A stretch of 64,000 nucleotides of DNA from Nitrosopumilaceae archaeon (lineage in GTDB: Archaea > Thermoproteota > Nitrososphaeria > Nitrososphaerales > Nitrosopumilaceae), in the NCBI GenBank assembly GCA_965208905.1, contig OZ242365.1, forward strand, positions 832,001 through 896,000, given 5' to 3'. Positions 61,667-64,000 of this stretch are shown piece after piece. Both the position numbers and the translations under genes were made by a program. Under the pieces are notes generated by a model. The model was given only the letters and a program-made list of their open reading frames with translations. It had not been told where the DNA came from and made no database searches. Each line of letters begins with the position of its first letter. The stretch's first letter is position 1.

Positions 61667-62611
61667 TTAAACCGGGAAAGCTCCGCACATTCTGCAGAAC
61701 CTTGACTCTGTAACCGTGCATTTACAATATGGACAGTTATGGGAGCCATGTTCACCAGCTGGAGGGACTCCAAATTTTTGTTTGTACTGCTCGTAATAGA
61801 ACAAAGACTCTTTGGTGCGAATTTTGATGCCATCCTCCTTTAATATGTCGGATGTTTTTGTGTCAAACTGTACGTCTGAGATGAGCGATTCTAGTAGATT
61901 TGTCAACCCTGCAGTTCCGGCCCCATCCTGCATAGGAGTCTTTTCTCGCCACAATATGCCTGGAGGCAACAAATTCCGGAACGTCTGACGCAGTACCATC
62001 TTGCCCATGACACGTCCCTGATGATTCCCTATCATATCTTTGGGCGCAATACGTGATGCAGCATCCATTACGGCGTGGTCTAAAAAGGGCGATTCAACCT
62101 GTACACCCATGAATTTACCAATTTTGTGTGATGTAAAGTGCATTATGTTTCGAAGCCGACGAAGCTCATCACCAAGATTCTCTGTCCTTATCAAAAAATT
62201 ATACCCGGCAAAGATCTCATCTGCTCCATCACCAGTAATTATACTATCAATATTGCACTGTTTGGCCTCTCTAATGGCAAAGTACATGACTAAACTGTTG
62301 CGAATCTCTATATCGTTAAAGTTACCCAATATATTGATGGTTTGCCCAGCCCCTTCTAACATCTCTGCTAGAGTGGGTGTTATCATCTTCAATGACATAT
62401 TCAAATTCTTTGATACCATTTGAACATACGTCAAATCTGTCGATACAAACTCTTCGGCAATTACCGATATGGCCTGCATCTGCCTCTCTTGTGTTAGATA
62501 TGCAATTATGGTACTGTCTAATCCGCCCGACAAAGATATTGTGTTGGCCTTTGTGTCTATGCAGGCCTGCCGTATGATGTTATACAAATCTTCCATACAA
62601 TTTAGATTCAC
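61667..62611 (-). CDS. Asparagine-synthase-related protein
   Basis: LSGGLDS, TGDGADEIFAGY, C-terminal Zn ribbon. Confidence 0.85.
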   Translation of the reverse strand: MNLNCMEDLYNIIRQACIDTKANTISLSGGLDSTIIAYLTQERQMQAISVIAEEFVSTDLTYVQMVSKNLNMSLKMITPTLAEMLEGAGQTINILGNFNDIEIRNSLVMYFAIREAKQCNIDSIITGDGADEIFAGYNFLIRTENLGDELRRLRNIMHFTSHKIGKFMGVQVESPFLDHAVMDAASRIAPKDMIGNHQGRVMGKMVLRQTFRNLLPPGILWREKTPMQDGAGTAGLTNLLESLISDVQFDTKTSDILKEDGIKIRTKESLFYYEQYKQKFGVPPAGEHGSHNCPYCKCTVTESRFCRMCGAFPV

Positions 62612-62635
62612 AAAATCTTAACAAATATGTATTTA

Positions 62636-64000
62636 GGCTCCTCCCGCAAAGTCGGGCGATGGTTGATGTATTGTTGGATAGTGTTAAATACATTATTAAA
62701 CCGTACTATGTGATGGCTCTTGTAAAAAATAGCAGGGCAATAACACGTACATACACAAAAAATTTGGGTATGCGGTATGTGTTTGAGCATGTCAGGAAGG
62801 TGGCAGAAGTGGCGTACATTATAGCGAATAATACGGGGAAGAATACCTATGGTGTTAACGCATTAATGTATCGTACAATGCGCGGTCTTGACCCCAAAGT
62901 ACGTTCATCCATAACGCAGACCGCCATACGGGACGGGGTTGCCGCCCATAAAACGTACAATACAAAGACTGCGCAGGGCATGAAGGTATCTGAACCTGTA
63001 TTCTGTAATCCGGTTGTAAAGTTAACAAATCAAAGTTGGAGGCTGAATCCGATAGCGGGTGGATATATGGCTGTTGCAAATGTTGGCTCATCAAAACACC
63101 GACACATGATAGCAATTCCCATCTCTTTAGATGTGGTACGCAGAATAGGACAAAATGAGTTGGGCGAGTTGTGGATCACGCCAACCACCTATACAATTAC
63201 ATATTACAACAAAGTACCAACGGTTGAAAAACCCCACCCACACGGCAAGTCGGAGATTATTGAACTACTTACGGATGTGGGGCAGGTGGGCGGCACGCCA
63301 AAGGATGTGATTGGTGTTGATATTAATGAAAAGAACATCACCGTAGGTGATAAAAACACGATGGTACGGTTTGATCTATCATGTACAATACAGGCCATTG
63401 AGGAGGCAAAGACCGCGGATGTAAACAATACGTATACACGCACACATGATGATGCCGCATATGCAGCACGTACCGGAAGGCGTGTTGTACACAAGAAGGA
63501 GGAGGAGCGCAGGGGAAAACAACAAGTCACACATGGTGGTCCCAAACTATACAACAAACTCAGACGCAGATACAAGAAACTCAAGAGGGAGGGCAAACAC
63601 AAGAGGGCCGCGGAGATAAAGAAGCAGACGAACAGATGTATACTGAGCATACCACATAACCACACAAAGTCAAAAAAGAATGATAAAAAACGCAGGGTGG
63701 CCAAAGCCGTGCGCCGCCACGAACACGTGCTGAATGTAATAGCATTATGTATAGCACAGTGGGCCGCACAATCCGGGTGCTTGGTGATGTTGGAGGATTT
63801 AACCAATATATCGTACAGTTGGCAGAAGAATGGGAAGTTTGGCCATAATATGCGTCGCAGATTATATTCTGCCATGATGCGGAAAGCATCGAATTTAATT
63901 TATGAAAAGTCCCGGTTTTTGGGAGTGGAGGCATTACATATGCGTCCACACAATACATCCAAGTTGTGTGCTGCATGTAGAAACATACTAACTGGGACTT
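62636..64000 (+). mobile_element. TIR-bounded TnpB-only element, family A copy 4 (runs off window)
   Basis: Left TIR GGCTCCTCCCGCAAAGTCGGGCGATG. Confidence 0.88.
62659..64000 (+). CDS. tnpB: TnpB-like RuvC endonuclease (3'-partial)
   Basis: MVDVLLDSVKY... open to window end; VIGVDIN, VMLEDL, CAAC present. Confidence 0.86.
   Translation, partial: MVDVLLDSVKYIIKPYYVMALVKNSRAITRTYTKNLGMRYVFEHVRKVAEVAYIIANNTGKNTYGVNALMYRTMRGLDPKVRSSITQTAIRDGVAAHKTYNTKTAQGMKVSEPVFCNPVVKLTNQSWRLNPIAGGYMAVANVGSSKHRHMIAIPISLDVVRRIGQNELGELWITPTTYTITYYNKVPTVEKPHPHGKSEIIELLTDVGQVGGTPKDVIGVDINEKNITVGDKNTMVRFDLSCTIQAIEEAKTADVNNTYTRTHDDAAYAARTGRRVVHKKEEERRGKQQVTHGGPKLYNKLRRRYKKLKREGKHKRAAEIKKQTNRCILSIPHNHTKSKKNDKKRRVAKAVRRHEHVLNVIALCIAQWAAQSGCLVMLEDLTNISYSWQKNGKFGHNMRRRLYSAMMRKASNLIYEKSRFLGVEALHMRPHNTSKLCAACRNILTGT

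Noticed and set aside
207-63976. Numerous short antisense ORFs in the six-frame track
   Set aside because: Shadow frames of well-supported genes on the opposite strand

Overview
Chromosomal segment of an ammonia-oxidising archaeon (Nitrosopumilaceae/Thaumarchaeota type; the high mobile-element load suggests a host-associated lineage, which is inference only). The housekeeping backbone includes a Dur3 urea transporter, DnaJ-ferredoxin, tuf/rpsJ/rpoP, FBPA/ase, corA, hemL, carAB, lysW-lysX-lysK, dph5, ribL/ribK, dnaG, tRNA splicing endonuclease, DNA ligase, purA, pyrF, rpoK, Alba, an intron-containing tRNA-Glu and a stand-alone 5S rRNA. Two things stand out. (1) Seven TnpB-like RuvC genes of three distinct sequence types are each the only gene of an element bounded by GG-starting terminal inverted repeats (TIRs), five of them with 8-9 bp target-site duplications (TSDs), and each TIR family also has tiny MITE derivatives. 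This is a DDE/Fanzor-like architecture rather than the IS200/IS605/IS607 one, and no cognate transposase is visible in the window. (2) carB is frameshifted by a 22-nt insertion that folds into a relaxed bulge-helix-bulge motif; cutting it at the canonical positions restores the conserved GEAGE-FDY motif, making it a candidate archaeal pre-mRNA intron. Also present: two apparently identical IS481-family copies with 15-bp direct repeats, and a LysW ending in EDWGQ instead of EDWGE.
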